DNA from: Octopus vulgaris
Taxonomy: Eukaryota
Assembly: GCA_951406725.2 (NCBI GenBank)
Contig: OX597819.1
Coordinates: forward strand, 40,362,001-40,426,000
Length of the DNA: 64,000 bases
Direction: 5' to 3'
Positions 39,576-52,349 of the stretch are shown here, in pieces. The position numbers and the translations under genes were made by a program. Position 1 is the stretch's first letter, and every line of letters starts with the position of its first letter. The notes below the pieces were generated by a model. It saw nothing but the letters and a program-made list of their open reading frames with translations. It did no database searches and was not told the DNA's origin.

Positions 39576-39829
39576 TAATAATAATAATTATAGTAATAAT
39601 AATTATAATAATCTTTTTCTTAATTTGAAGTTATTAAAGATAAAAATGTTCAGCCATAATCTGAGAGAGGAGCTTTCTTTTGAATTATAATTGTAGGTTG
39701 AATAAATTGAGAAGGTGATATATCGAGTTAAAGGATGTGAAAGCAAGTAAAAATAGGAATATATCAACGAGGAATGACATTTTACAAAAATACACATTCA
39801 GAAATTTTCAAATGATTGGTTCTGTAGTA

Positions 39830-40206
39830 TCTCTTTTACTCTTTTACTTGTTTCAGTCATTTGACTGCGGCCATGCTGGAGCACCGCCTTTAGTCGAGGA
39901 AATCGACCCCAGGACTTATTCTTTGAAAGCCTAGTACTTATTCTATCGGTCTCTTTTGCCGAACCGCTAAGTTACAGGGACGTAAACACACCAGCATCGG
40001 TTGTCAAGCGATGTTGGTGGGGGGAACCACACACATATATATATATATATACAACGGACTTCTTTCAGTTTCCGTCTACCAAATCGACTCACAAGGCTTT
40101 GATAGGCCTGAGGCTATAGTAGAAGACATTTGCCCAAGGTGCCACGCAGTGGGACTGAACCCGGAACCATGTGGTTGTTAAGCAAGTTACTTACCACACA
40201 GCCACT
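39830..40206 (-). mobile_element. SINE family A, near full length
   Basis: Matches the family from the tail ctcttttactcttttacttg to ttaccacacagccact. Confidence 0.88.
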
Positions 40207-41129
40207 AAAGAATTACTAAGCATAAAAAAAATTATTTACTGGTCTTTTAGAGCTTAAGAGTACAAAATATAGTTGTTGTAAAGAAAAGAAAATTAAAATT
40301 AGAAAAAGCAGATTTTTCTCCATACATCATATAAATTATTGAAATGTCAATCTATCACTGGCTATTATAAGTGCTTGCATGCAATAATGTTGTTGAGAAG
40401 TGAATAATCCTTAGAGCCTGTCCAAGATTTCAATTTTGTCATTTTCTTCCCCTTAAGAATGCAGTACTTAAGCATAAAGATTTATTAATAACAGGTGTTA
40501 AAAGAGTTAAGAATATTCTGGAGTGATGACAGCACAGTTAAGCTAATGATGATAATCTTTGCTTGAATGTGTGTGTGTGTGTGGTGTGTGTGTGTGTGCA
40601 TGCACACTGTGGTATTAGATTCCTAGAGATGAATTTACAATATAGGTTCAATTGCTGGTCAATTCATTTCATTTACTGAGAAAGGAAGATTTTAGGTGAA
40701 AAAAAAAAAGAAGAAAAAGCCATTTATGACAATTTCCATTATCATTGGCATGTTGGAAATGAAGATAAGTTGTAATAGAACAGGGAGATGTGGACTGTGA
40801 AGCTGACGTGCCCTTAACACAGAGCATAACCTTTTATTTTTTTTTTTTGTGGTAATCCAAAGACTTGTTAGAATTCTCTTGTTATTTGTCAAAATCTCTG
40901 CAAGGAAGTTACCTTTCAGATGGTTCCATCACAATGCGTTGATGGAATCTTGCAGCTTATGTTTCATTTCAATCAGCATTTTGTAATGCCATCTACATCT
41001 TTTCTCATTGTTATTTCCGGTGAAATGCACTGCTATGCAAATGCCAACCCACTTCCCTCAACAACCTACACGCACAAGTGTCATTAGGACTGTTTTCAAG
41101 GAAAATGCCTTAAAAACTATCCTTGAACA

Positions 41130-41945
41130 GAGATATAACATCACCTGGTCCCCCTTGTTTCACCAAAACATAGTCAACACACATATCAAGCAGAAAACTT
41201 TGAAACCCTATGCTCAAGGCCATTTTACCAGTATTATAGGCCTTTGGACAAAGCAATACGCTGAATAGAGAGGGGCTACATTTATTTATTGATAGCAAAC
41301 TACAGAATACACAGATTAACATTGGGCCCACACATTAAGCCAGCACTGGCTACATCCCCACCATTCATCAATAAACCACAACTAAAACTTCATCCTCTCT
41401 ACTCAAATCTTAGGCTACACAACCTCTATTGATCACTCATTGGTCACCATCTATTTATAGCACAACCAAAACTGGACCTCATAGTCCAAGCCTTCTCCTC
41501 AGACACATAGCCGCTACTCTATAATAAGGCATAAGCATTTTCTACAAGAATACTATTAGCATATCAGAAATAGAACAGTTGCTATATGCACACAAATAAG
41601 AAAAACTCATTCAACTCATTGACAGACCATCACTCAGTAACTACAAACACAAACAACCAGGCTGTCTTCCACCAGTTTTGCCTCTAGTTCCTCTCAACTA
41701 ATATGCTCAACCACCACCATCTAAGTCTATTTAATACACCAATCTCTTCTGTTGTTATTCCCCGCAAAATATAAAAAAACCCATACTACACTTCCCTCAA
41801 ACTGCAATCCTTAAAATTCCTTCCGGGCCATCCCAACAATCATTAACTTTGAATAGTTCAAACTAAACACCAACTGCATCAATATCGCCAACCCCAGAAT
41901 GTTTTCGAATGCCAGGGTACTCTTCTGCAATGCCAATGAAAGTGT
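41130..41945 (+). mobile_element. Highly degraded CR1/L2-like LINE 3' region
   Basis: C/A-rich skew, plus remnants such as QILG..D.SW and NSL..FE*FKL, resembling the copy at 47540-48010. Many stops. Confidence 0.35.
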
Positions 41946-42297
41946 AGAGGAAAATAAAAAGTGTGTTTATGTTTGAGTGTGCGTTTATACATGTCCATCA
42001 TTACCACCACCACCACTATATATACATAGTACAAATCAGAGTTAAATTTATGAACTCTATTTGGAAGACAGCCATTTTATATTGTTTTAGTCTGCCTGAG
42101 TTCAAAGCAAACTAAAACGGTACACATAGAGAGATGTGTATCGACAGACAAATGATGAATGACATAGAGAGAGAGAGAGAGATTGACAGATAAATATTCA
42201 ATTGTATATTATGAAGGAAAAATAGATGAAGAAAGTATAAGAAATATAAAATAAAAATATAAGAAATAAGACAACAAAAACATGATGAAAGCATAAG

Positions 42298-42359
<62 letters not shown>

Positions 42360-42719
42360 GAACTGATGAAAGATATAAGAAACCAGAAATGTTTGATAGA
42401 AGTATATAAGAAATCAGAAATATATCAGAAAAGTACAAATGTATTGTGGAAAAGAAAAGCTACACATCGACATACATACCCCACCACATACATACACACA
42501 CACACATACTTGCTGAAAAACCAAACTGCTTTTCATTATTATCATCAAAGAGCAGGAATTTATTCAGATTCACCATCTTCAAGCCCTCCCTACTTAGCAT
42601 GCTCACTAACGGAATGATTAGATATACATACATTAAGTTCAGACAGTAAACAGCAGAAAATAAATGTAAAAACTGTCATCATCTCAATACATCCAATACA
42701 ATCATTTACTTGTTCAGCA

Positions 42720-42721
<2 letters not shown>

Positions 42722-42767
<46 letters not shown>

Positions 42768-42790
42768 CATCATTATTATTATTATTATTT
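42722..42790. repeat. (TTA)n microsatellite
   Basis: Directly visible. Confidence 0.9.
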
Positions 42791-42954
42791 ACTGTCATCA
42801 CAACTACTACTGTTTAAGATGGAAAGGGAAAAGAAGAACAGGTTAGGAAATAAGTAAAAGTATTTGTGAAATGACTGTGAAAGTAGTTTATTGAAGAGCT
42901 CTGTCTTAATTCTTTGTACATAAGAAGACATCGATCAATGATATGAGATATAGG

Positions 42955-43160
42955 TTTCAACTTTTGGCACAAAGCCAGCAATTTCAAGGGAAGTGGGTAA
43001 GTCAATTACATTGACTCCAGTGTTCGACTGGTACCTAATTTATTGACCCCGAAAAGACGAAACAGAAAGTCGACCCTGGCAGCTTTGAACTCAGAACATA
43101 AAGTGGTATTAAATGCTGCTAAGCATTTCCCCCAGCATGGTTATGGTTCTACCAGCTTGC
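42955..43160 (-). mobile_element. SINE family B, older copy (others at 38286-38425 +, 43776-43990 -, 49424-49637 +)
   Basis: ggtttcaacttttggcacaaagccagcaattt..gaccccgaaaag..ttgaactcagaac..ttctaccagcttgc. Confidence 0.7.
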
Positions 43161-43396
43161 TAATTTGAATGCTATTAGATGTAATAATGCATGACAGTCC
43201 AAGAAGATTTTTTTTGTAGTGGGGGAAAAGGTTGATTTTTTTTTTCTTCTAGAGAAAAGGAATGAGTTGACAGAACATAGTGTATTACTTGTACTTATTA
43301 ACCCCAGAGATGAAACAACAAAGTTAGGACTTGAACTTGGAGCAGAAAAGAAACTAAACTATTATAATGCAATTAATTCAGAAACTTTATACTGAC

Positions 43397-43634
43397 TTAA
43401 CTCTTCAGCATTTAAGGTGACTGTATCTGGCTCAAATAGGTTTCAAATTTTGGCACAAAGCCAGCAATTTCAGGATTTTGGCAGGATTTGAATTTTATGT
43501 TAAAAATGGCCAGATCTGGCCTCTCATACCTACCCTAAAATGTCATTCTAGAAATAAGCAAATACATTATCAAAATCTTGAAGCCATAAAACAAAGTGAA
43601 TAAATAAGCAATACATCTGAATGCTAAAGTTTAA
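43397..43634. mobile_element. piggyBac-like MITE (family P) with a short SINE-B fragment inside
   Basis: TTAA-ctcttcagcatttaa..catctgaatgctaaagt-TTAA, with an insertion at ~43440-43490. Confidence 0.65.
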
Positions 43635-44382
43635 ATTATAGAAATAGGACAATAAGAAGTGAGAAAATTAGTGGAGAGGGAGAAAGAGGAGAAAGAGCAA
43701 AGGCAAAAGACAAAGAAACACAATTGCCCGTTGTGGAATTAAAATTCATATTGTCTGAAAGCCTGGGTGAAATAAGAATTTCTAATTTAGGAATAAGACA
43801 AGCAATGTAGGGATGGAGGAGGTGGTTTAATCAATTATATCAACCTCAGTATTTGACTGGTACTTTATTAACCCCAAAAGGGTGAAAAGTGAAATTGACC
43901 TTAGTGAAATTTGAACCCAGTATGTGAAGGCCCGAAACAAATATCACAAGGCATTTAAAACCAATGCTCTAATGCTTGTTAATTCACTAGCTTATAATTT
44001 CCAATTTAGGTACAAGGCCATAAATATTGAGCTGTGGTGGTGGTAATTAATTGATGACCTTAGTTACTAGACTGGTATTATAATGGAAGACACCAAAGGC
44101 GCCATGCAGCCGAACAGAAACATAAACTATGTCCTTGCAAAGCAAACTGCTTAACTACACAGACAAGCCTTCTATTATAATTTCATTAACATTTAGAGTG
44201 TATTACAGGAACATTAAATTGATCCTAGTACATGAAAGGCACTTTGCTTTACCACTCTCATAAAGATGACAAGAAGAGTTGTTTCTGACAGGATTTGAAT
44301 TAACTAAAACTAAATGTTGAAGGTATTTTGTCTGATGCTCAGATGGATTTGTCAATTTTCATTTATTTATGTGTGCGTGTGT

Positions 44383-44763
44383 GGAGGTGCAATGGCCCAG
44401 TAGTTAGGGCAGCAGACTTGTGGTCACGGTTTTGATACCTAGACAGGGCATTGTGAGTGTTTATTGAGCAAAAACACCTAAAGCTCCATGAGGCTCTGGC
44501 AGGGAAGGGGAGGAGGTGGCGAACCCTACTGTACTCTTTCACCACAACTTTCTCTCACTCTTTCTTCCTGATTTTGTTGTACCTGTATTTCAAAGAGCCA
44601 GCCTTGTCACACACTGTTTCACGCTGAATCTCCCCAAGAACTACGTTAAGGGTACATGTGTCTGTGGAATGCTCAGCCAGTTACAAGTTAATTTCACGAG
44701 CAGGCTGTTCCATTGATTGCATCAACTGGAACCCTCGTTGTCGTAACTGACAGAGTGCCACAA
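44383..44763 (+). mobile_element. tRNA-derived SINE (family C)
   Basis: Head ggaggtgcaatggcccagtagttagggcagc (box A) and ggttttgatacc (degenerate box B). The body is GC-richer and ends at a microsatellite. Confidence 0.7.
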
Positions 44764-44773
44764 TATATATATG

Positions 44774-44807
<34 letters not shown>

Positions 44808-44999
44808 AAGAACAAATTTCATATATCAAAAAGTAAAAGAATCAAAATAATGAATATAGTATTAATTTATATATTTATAGAATAACAGAAATCTGTCCAT
44901 CTTCATTACTAATAGCTTTAAGGAATAATAAAGTGGTTTACAACTTATTCTTAGACACAGCTGACTCATACTGGCTGTGTTACATGACATCTGTATGCA

Positions 45000-45037
<38 letters not shown>

Positions 45038-45136
45038 CACACACATTATATATATGGACATATACTAACACACATATACGTACACACTATTATATATAAA
45101 TGGACATATACTCACACACACATTATATATATATAT

Positions 45137-45394
45137 AATAAATAATAAATGCACCCTTTTAAAGCCTAGCCAGGCTCATGAGCCCGGTTTTCCGGTTTCT
45201 ATGGCGTATGTGTTCCCCAGCTGGACGGGACACCAGTCCATTGCAGCGTTACTCATTTTTGCCAGCTGAGTGGACTGGAGCAACATGAAATGAAGTTATT
45301 TGCTCAAGAACACAATGCGTCGCCCGGTCCAGGTATTGAAACCACAATCTTACGATCATAATGCTGACACCCTAACCATTAGGCCATGCGCCTC

Positions 45395-45395
<1 letters not shown>
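45137..45395 (-). mobile_element. tRNA-derived SINE (family D; older copies ~1090-1300, 21050-21215, 57130-57315, 58850-59065)
   Basis: Minus-strand head ggaggcgcatggcctaatggttaggg, box B ggtttcaatacc, body gttcttgagcaaataacttcatttcatgttgctccagtccactcagctg, and a TTA-rich tail. Confidence 0.75.
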
Positions 45396-45436
<41 letters not shown>

Positions 45437-45605
45437 AATTGAGATAGGGGTTGTGAGTGCAACCCACCATGGGATAACATATATCCAATATACTGCCAGT
45501 AAAGCACCCAACAAAGTTAATACATAAATGTTAAGAATTGCGATGCAATTAATTCATTTATTGTATTATATGGGCAAAGGTAAAATGTTTTACCACAAAT
45601 TAATA

Positions 45606-45783
45606 ATACAAAATAAGAAAATGGAGAAATAAACCTTAATCAATAATCAACTACCAGATAATACCCAATCACATAATTTATTAACCCACTACATATGAAC
45701 ATTGTTAATAAATTATGTGATTGGGTATTATCTGGTAGTTGATTATTGATTAAGGTGTATTTCTCCATTTTCTTATTTTGTAT
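45606..45783. repeat. Near-perfect inverted repeat: 80-bp arms, 18-nt loop
   Basis: 45606-45685 is the reverse complement of 45704-45783 with one mismatch. A single diverged arm also occurs at ~30657-30740. Confidence 0.95.
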
Positions 45784-46450
45784 ATATATATATGCACACA
45801 TATGCACAAAGTTTTCAGAAGAGTGTTGTGGAAAACAAATTCTAACCAAATCTGTATATGGGAAATCATCAAAAGTGCTGACATTGTGCCATGGAGCAAG
45901 ATTAATGCTTCCAGTGAGACAAATCCTCAAAATTCTTTTGATTCACAGATGAAGCAATTCCATTTAACCGAAATTGCTTTAAACTATTGGGGAAAAGCAT
46001 AAACATCACAACATTCCATTTTCCTAATCTTACAAACTTGAGGCTCTCCACTAGTTAGAATAACACAACTGTAATATTAAGAAAAGAATTTAACCTTTGG
46101 TTCTTTGAGATCTGCTGAGTCTCAAAGGATTTTGATGAATAATCTTTCTAGAACACATGACTATTTTCTAAAATGAGAAGAGAGAAGCACAGAGGGAGAA
46201 AAAATGAAGTGATATATATGAGACAGGGTAGGAGAGACACAGGTAGGGAGATGAAAAAAAAGAAGGTGAGAGAGACAGAGTAGGAATGGTTAAGAAGAGA
46301 GATAAAAGAGCAGGGAGAGAGGATGATGATTAAACGAGCAGATTAGATCAGTTCTATGAAACTTACAGAAATAGCTTTTTCATTTGCCGAACATGCCTAG
46401 AATAGTTAAATAGTTTTGCACACATACTTGTACAAGGCAAGTTCCTTATA

Positions 46451-46592
<142 letters not shown>

Positions 46593-46959
46593 GCATATAT
46601 ATGTAGTGTGTGTATCAACATATATTAAGATGTAAAAAATGAGGAAAATGTTACACATGCACAGCTGTGCTAACTAATGAATATTCTGATGTTTAATTTG
46701 ATAACAGCAAGTGTTACACACCTATTAGAGTATAATGTATGCTACATATACTTATAACTTCTTTTTTCCTAATTCAAATGAAGTGTTGAAGGAAATTTGT
46801 TCTTATCTGTCTAATCCACTATAATAGGATGAAGTTCTGAACCTCACTCCCAAAACAACACAGTTTTGATTGGCAGTGTTTAGGAGAGGAGGATTTTGAA
46901 GGAAAATGACCATGTGCATATATAAACACATGAATTAGAGACACAATGGCACAAGTCAT

Positions 46960-47384
46960 GGATCTTTTCAGTTTGAACGGCAGTTTTTTCTAGCGGCGTC
47001 ATATGAAATTGTCACCCATAATTATGACCCTAGTATCAATCTATTGCATTTCAATTTGTTTTAGGCTTAGGGTTAGTTAGGGTTAGGGGGGAAGGGTATC
47101 TTTTTTTCTTCAGAAATGTAAATAAACCCAATCTGTTTCTTAAACGAGGGACATATTCATATAGCACAGAATGTTTTCACCTCAATAGATGTCATTAATT
47201 GGTTGAAATTGCAGAAATTGAAGAAAAAAAAAAACAACAAATATCTTACAAACTATAGAATTTTCTCAATAAAGCCAAGAGAAAAAGATGTTTTATAAAC
47301 ACATTCTACCAGTATATGAAGTTTAAAAGTGTTTAGTTACGTGGAAATTATTTTAAAAAACTGCCGGTCAAACCGAAAAGATCC
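46960..47384. mobile_element. Merlin-like MITE with internal TTAGGG repeats
   Basis: TIRs ggatcttttcagtttgaacggcagttttt / aaaaactgccggtcaaaccgaaaagatcc with a perfect 8-bp TSD caagtcat (46952-46959, 47385-47392). GG termini plus an 8-bp TSD fit Merlin. Confidence 0.8.
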
Positions 47385-47539
47385 CAAGTCATTCAAAGAC
47401 AAATGTTATATCTTAACAATTTCATTTGGTGAAATGGAGTCCATAACCTTTGCATACCCATGTGATCTATGTGGGTAATGTTTTTCTTCCATAACTGCAG
47501 GAAAAACATGGACAAGAATGGAATAATAAAGTTGATATT

Positions 47540-48010
47540 CTTAGTAGGAAGGACTATATGGTATAATCAAAAAAAGAAGGATGTGTTATAGCATGTGTTA
47601 TAAGCAAAAAAGAAGGATGTGTTATAAATATGAGAGGATAAAAGAGGACTGAAACTGGCTGGTTTGATTGGAAGCAGTATGAGATCAGCCAGATGCAAAG
47701 AGAAGAGGCTAATGTGGTAGAAGTACAAGACACAGAGTGAGGGATCATCATTTGTGTGTGAAAGGTTGGGGTTGGAGTGTGTAGTGTATTAGTGAGTGAT
47801 CTTATGCTAGCCAATCAGAAGTGCATTTTGATGAGCTGAAGTAGGATGCCAGTGTAATAGTAGCATTGCTCCAAATGTAGGAACAGTATTCCACAGTGGA
47901 TTTAGCATGAACTTTGAAGAGGCCTAATAGTTAGTGGTGGAAATGAAGTTATTTTTTGGTCCTGATGAGGAAGGCTACTATTATAGTGAGGATGTGAAGC
48001 TACCAGGAGA
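47540..48010 (-). mobile_element. Degraded CR1-like LINE fragment
   Basis: The minus strand at 47930-47862 translates LLGLFKVHAKSTVEYCSYIWSNA, matching the post-RT motif LYK..VRP.LEYCS.VW. Confidence 0.7.
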
Positions 48011-48269
48011 GTGTCTGTATGCATATGTGTGAGGCAGAGAGAGGAACAAAGAAGGTTAAAGAGATTACAATATAATAAAAACCAATGTAATATTTAGATT
48101 AAATAAACTAAATGTCACCACCTTGAAAGCTATATCAATAAAAACAAATAGTTCAGTTACTTCTATCCTTAGGTAGATATTATAATACACTGAACAATGA
48201 AGCTTTTAAAGACAGCAGGAACCATAATTATTCACAAGAGTAATTTGTTTAAAATAGTTACATATATGT

Positions 48270-48790
48270 GTGTGTGTGTTTTCTATCTGTCTGTCTCCCC
48301 CGCCCCCACCGCTTTCTCTTTTTCTCTCTCTTGTTGCTCACATGTGACCATTGTCCATCTTCCCTTTCCTCATGTGACCTTTCTTTTCCTGCATGGACAT
48401 TCAAAGGGCTGGGCGTCTTTTTTTTCTCTCTCTTCTATCTTTTCTCTTTTCAAAGGAAACATTTCTCCCAGCCTTCACTATTTTCCTCTCGTTCTGGTCT
48501 AACGACCCTCCATGTTTGTTTTTGTTTGGTTTCCTTGTATGTCTCCACTGTCCTGTTTTTGTTCCCAACTTTGACCTGCCATCAATCCTAAATTTTATTT
48601 TAGAATTTATGGGAGCAGCTGTCTTTGAAGACGCGTATTGTCATTGAATACTCAAAATGAGTAGATAGACAGCTGACAACTGATGAAGGGTCATTTCTCT
48701 GTGTTGTCCTGTTTTTGATATTTTTTTCTCTTCTTGTTAACATATTTCATGTTGTCGTTTACCCAGTTGGTGACATCCTGTACCTATATA
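48270..48790 (+). mobile_element. Penelope-like terminal-repeat fragment with a decayed hammerhead motif
   Basis: Pyrimidine/GT-rich tract between microsatellites. 48616-48675 has type-I hammerhead-like geometry, and there is a second CTGATGA at 48680. Confidence 0.5.
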
Positions 48791-48809
48791 TGCATACACA
48801 CACACACAC

Positions 48810-48841
<32 letters not shown>

Positions 48842-49749
48842 ATATGTATATAAAATCTGTATATCCTGGTTTGGTTTTTAGAATACACTATATCCTTATG
48901 CACTGTAAAAGATGGCTTAAAGGCTTGGCAATAAAGGCATCTGGCTGCAAAACACTCCTTCAAAAAGTACTACCCCCCACACACAGTGTATAAAGCAATA
49001 CATGACATTCCTATTATTATCCACTGAATTAGAGTACCAACAGAGTATAGGTTATGAATAAATAAATATATAAAGCCATATCTATGGGTATTTAATCTCA
49101 ATGTGAAATTAGGTCCACAAACGATTTTATAGCAGCTTTGAATGCAGATCAAAATTCCATTGTTACTTAGCGACCCACAAGATACGGTAATCATTGCCAG
49201 GTTTTTAATCTTGTATTGTAATGTAAATAAGCAGTGCCTGACATAGTTCCGTTTATATTTTAACAAATAGATTTCCATTTGTTACTTCACTTTAGGAGTA
49301 AGAAGAGAGTGAACTTTGATGAATCTTTAAATAGCAGTGGAATTGGTAAATTCAAACCTCAATTAGAGTAGCTTAATTTCATTGTGAGACTCAATACATA
49401 TCAATATATATTACTTTATATCAAGACAGCAAGCTGGCAGAATTGTTAGCTTGCCAGGCAAAATGCTTAGCGGCATTTCATCCATCTTCACGTTCTGTAT
49501 TCAAATTCTGCTGAGGTCAACTTTGCCTTTTATCTTTAAAGAGGTCGATAAAATGAGTACCAGCTGAGCACTGGGGTCAGTGTAATCAACTTAACCCCTC
49601 CCCTGAAATTGTTGGCCTCGTGCCAAAATTTGAAGCCAACATATATTTCTGTATATCAGTATATAACAATTAAAGTTTCCATGGTTTGATATTATGTGAC
49701 ATAGGCTGGTTTGATAGTATGGTTTGATATTATGTGACATAGGCTGATG

Positions 49750-50060
49750 AGAATCCCTGATATTTCCAATAAATCTCTAGGTAGAGCCACTACTTTTCTG
49801 AACTGAGAAATGACAGCTCCAATACTACAGACATGTGGTAAGAATGTCTCGGGAAAAGAATTGCTGGACAGGTTTTACAGACAAAACCAACCAGCAGGAG
49901 ACCTCGGGGTAGATCAAAAGCAAGCTGGCTGGATAGCATCCATGAGCTTGTTGGACTCACTTGGAGACCCGGCTGGATCAATTGAAGATGGTTGCTTATG
50001 ACAGGCACCAATGAAAGGAATGCTTGAGAACTATACTTCCACAAACCTCCCCGGAATAAG
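49750..50060 (+). mobile_element. RTE-clade LINE 3' fragment
   Basis: QLQYYRHVVRMSRERIAGQVLQTKPTSRRPRGRSKASWLDSI..AYDRHQ*KE, a typical RTE ORF C-terminus. Confidence 0.8.
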
Positions 50061-51570
50061 TGGGTAAAGAAGATAAGAGATCTTTATGATAACCATGAGA
50101 AATAAGTTTAAAAGATGTGTAGGGGAGGAAAGAGATAAGAAGGAGAAGTTAGGAAAAAAGGGGTAATCAAGAGGAAAAAGGTGTTTGTAGGTGTAGGGTT
50201 GTCTTAGCAGTATTATATGAACCTCGGAATACATGCATACATAATTAAGGCCACCACCCCTGCCTGGTAACTACTCAGTATGCTCATGCCTTAATGCATC
50301 ACTGGATTGGCAGTCAGTAAAACAGCAAGGGAGGAACAATAATGAATAGATGTAAAGTGTGAGAATGTGGGTCAATATGTGCAAAATATATATATACATC
50401 ATAAAAAGATTATAGAAACATATGATCCAGTAATTTTATATATCACTAAAAGTGAAGTAGATTTTTATGATGATATAGGAATATGATAATGTTAGGAGAG
50501 GAAAAGAAAAAGAAGAAATAAGAACATGACTCCGTGATCATCATTTGACATCTGGCTTCCAAGCTAGCATGATCAATTTTATAATCATAATTGTTTTAAC
50601 ATCCACTTTTCTACACTGGCATGGATTGGACAGAATTTGTCGAGTGGATTTTCTATGGACAGATCCTTTTCCTGTAACCAACCCTCACCTATTTTCAAGT
50701 AGGTGTGGTTTCCTCATATCCAAACACATTTTCACAGAAGAATGGAAATGAAGGACACTGCTTGAATGTCAGTGACATCTGCTTACAACTATCACATGAT
50801 GACAAGGCAAGGAAATAGTAACACACACACACATGCACAGAGCTTCTTACAGCAAAATACGCTCACACAAGACTTTGGTTAGCCAAGAGCTATATCAGAA
50901 GAACACTAGAACTGAACCTGAAATCATGTGGTTAGAAAGCAAACTTCTTACCACACTGCCATGCCTGCAACTCCTGGGGAAAATATTTCTGAGAAAAATA
51001 AACCTCTAAAATGTGATATTAGAAAAATGAAATTGTCACTACTGAAGGTGTTTATTAGTGAACAATAGAGTGATTGGTGAATGAGCAGAGGAAGAGTAGG
51101 GTTGCGAGTTCTCTTTAAACTTGTATCACTGAGGATTTTAACAACTCCTCTAATACTGGTACCATAAAAAATGCATTCTTTAGACACTGTAAAGAGGATG
51201 GTAAACAGATGAATAAAGCAGAAAATTATGAAGTCTCTTTACTCTTGAGTTACTGAGGACCTGTGACACTTCTTTGGTGCTAGTGCCGTGAGAAAATGCA
51301 TCCTGTACACTCTGCAAAGAGGTTGATAATATGAAGGTCATGAAGGTATAGAAAAGTTAAAATTACATAAACAAACACCAGTCTATGAGAGTAGTGGTTC
51401 CCAAAAAAGAAATTATTCAGATGATGACTCATCCAACCCATGCCAGCATGGAAAGTGGACACAGAAGTGATGACGATGATGAATAATGCCAGATAGGGGA
51501 TAGAATTTTATTAAAAAATACAAATTATCACAGATACTTTGTATAAATTTTCCGTAAACAGTCTTGTGTA

Positions 51571-52314
51571 TTGTCTTTTACTGGAAATTCCCGTTATCTG
51601 GATTACAATAATTTCAGTCAACATATCAATGGAAATTGGCTGTGCTGATCATTATTTTGTAATATCAAACTCGTGACTCAATCTCTTTTGCGTGACCAAC
51701 ATACTTAGCACTGCAGATTCAGTTAATTACATTTTTGTCTTTGGACTTCTCCACGTGTGAAGTTCTTTATCAATTACAAAGCTTTCTTTATTTCTCAAGT
51801 TATTTTATTTGCTGGTGTAGACCTTCAATCTCTCTTCCAATTAGAACTTACAAGCATGGTGGTTGGCAGAACTGGTAGAGAGCCAGAAAAGAAAAAAAAA
51901 AACAACTTTGTGGTAGCAGGTTATGTTTCCTTTACATTCTAAGTTCAAATCCCACTAAAGCTGAAACTTAGCATTTTTCCATCCTCCTCAGCATCATAAA
52001 ATATAATAAGTACCAATGAAAGAACTACAGTCAGTAACTGATTACATTCTTGTAGCCAGTACCCACGCATGACCACAACCCAATAAAGGAAACCAGTAAA
52101 AGATCAAACGAATTCTATTAAATCTAACATAGACATTACTCTCTCTTTTTCACATAAAAACACTTTTACCAAGAATTTGTTTTGTTTTTTTTTTAAATCA
52201 AAGTCTTTTTTAATTTTTTCTTCATATCAAATATCGATTGCAGCACACACTATAATTTCACAGCAAATCTTAATTGGAAAGGAGACTGTAGGACTGTAGG
52301 ACCACCCCCTCAAA

Positions 52315-52349
<35 letters not shown>

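Noticed and set aside
40912-41030. Good minus-strand donor (AAG|gtaact) upstream of the PISD exon
   Set aside because: The frame needed for a phase-0 join has a TGA two codons before the donor, so it is not a coding exon.
49681-49746. 28-bp direct duplication (similar short duplications at ~27855-27975 and ~47570-47627)
   Set aside because: Ordinary local slippage duplications with no further structure.
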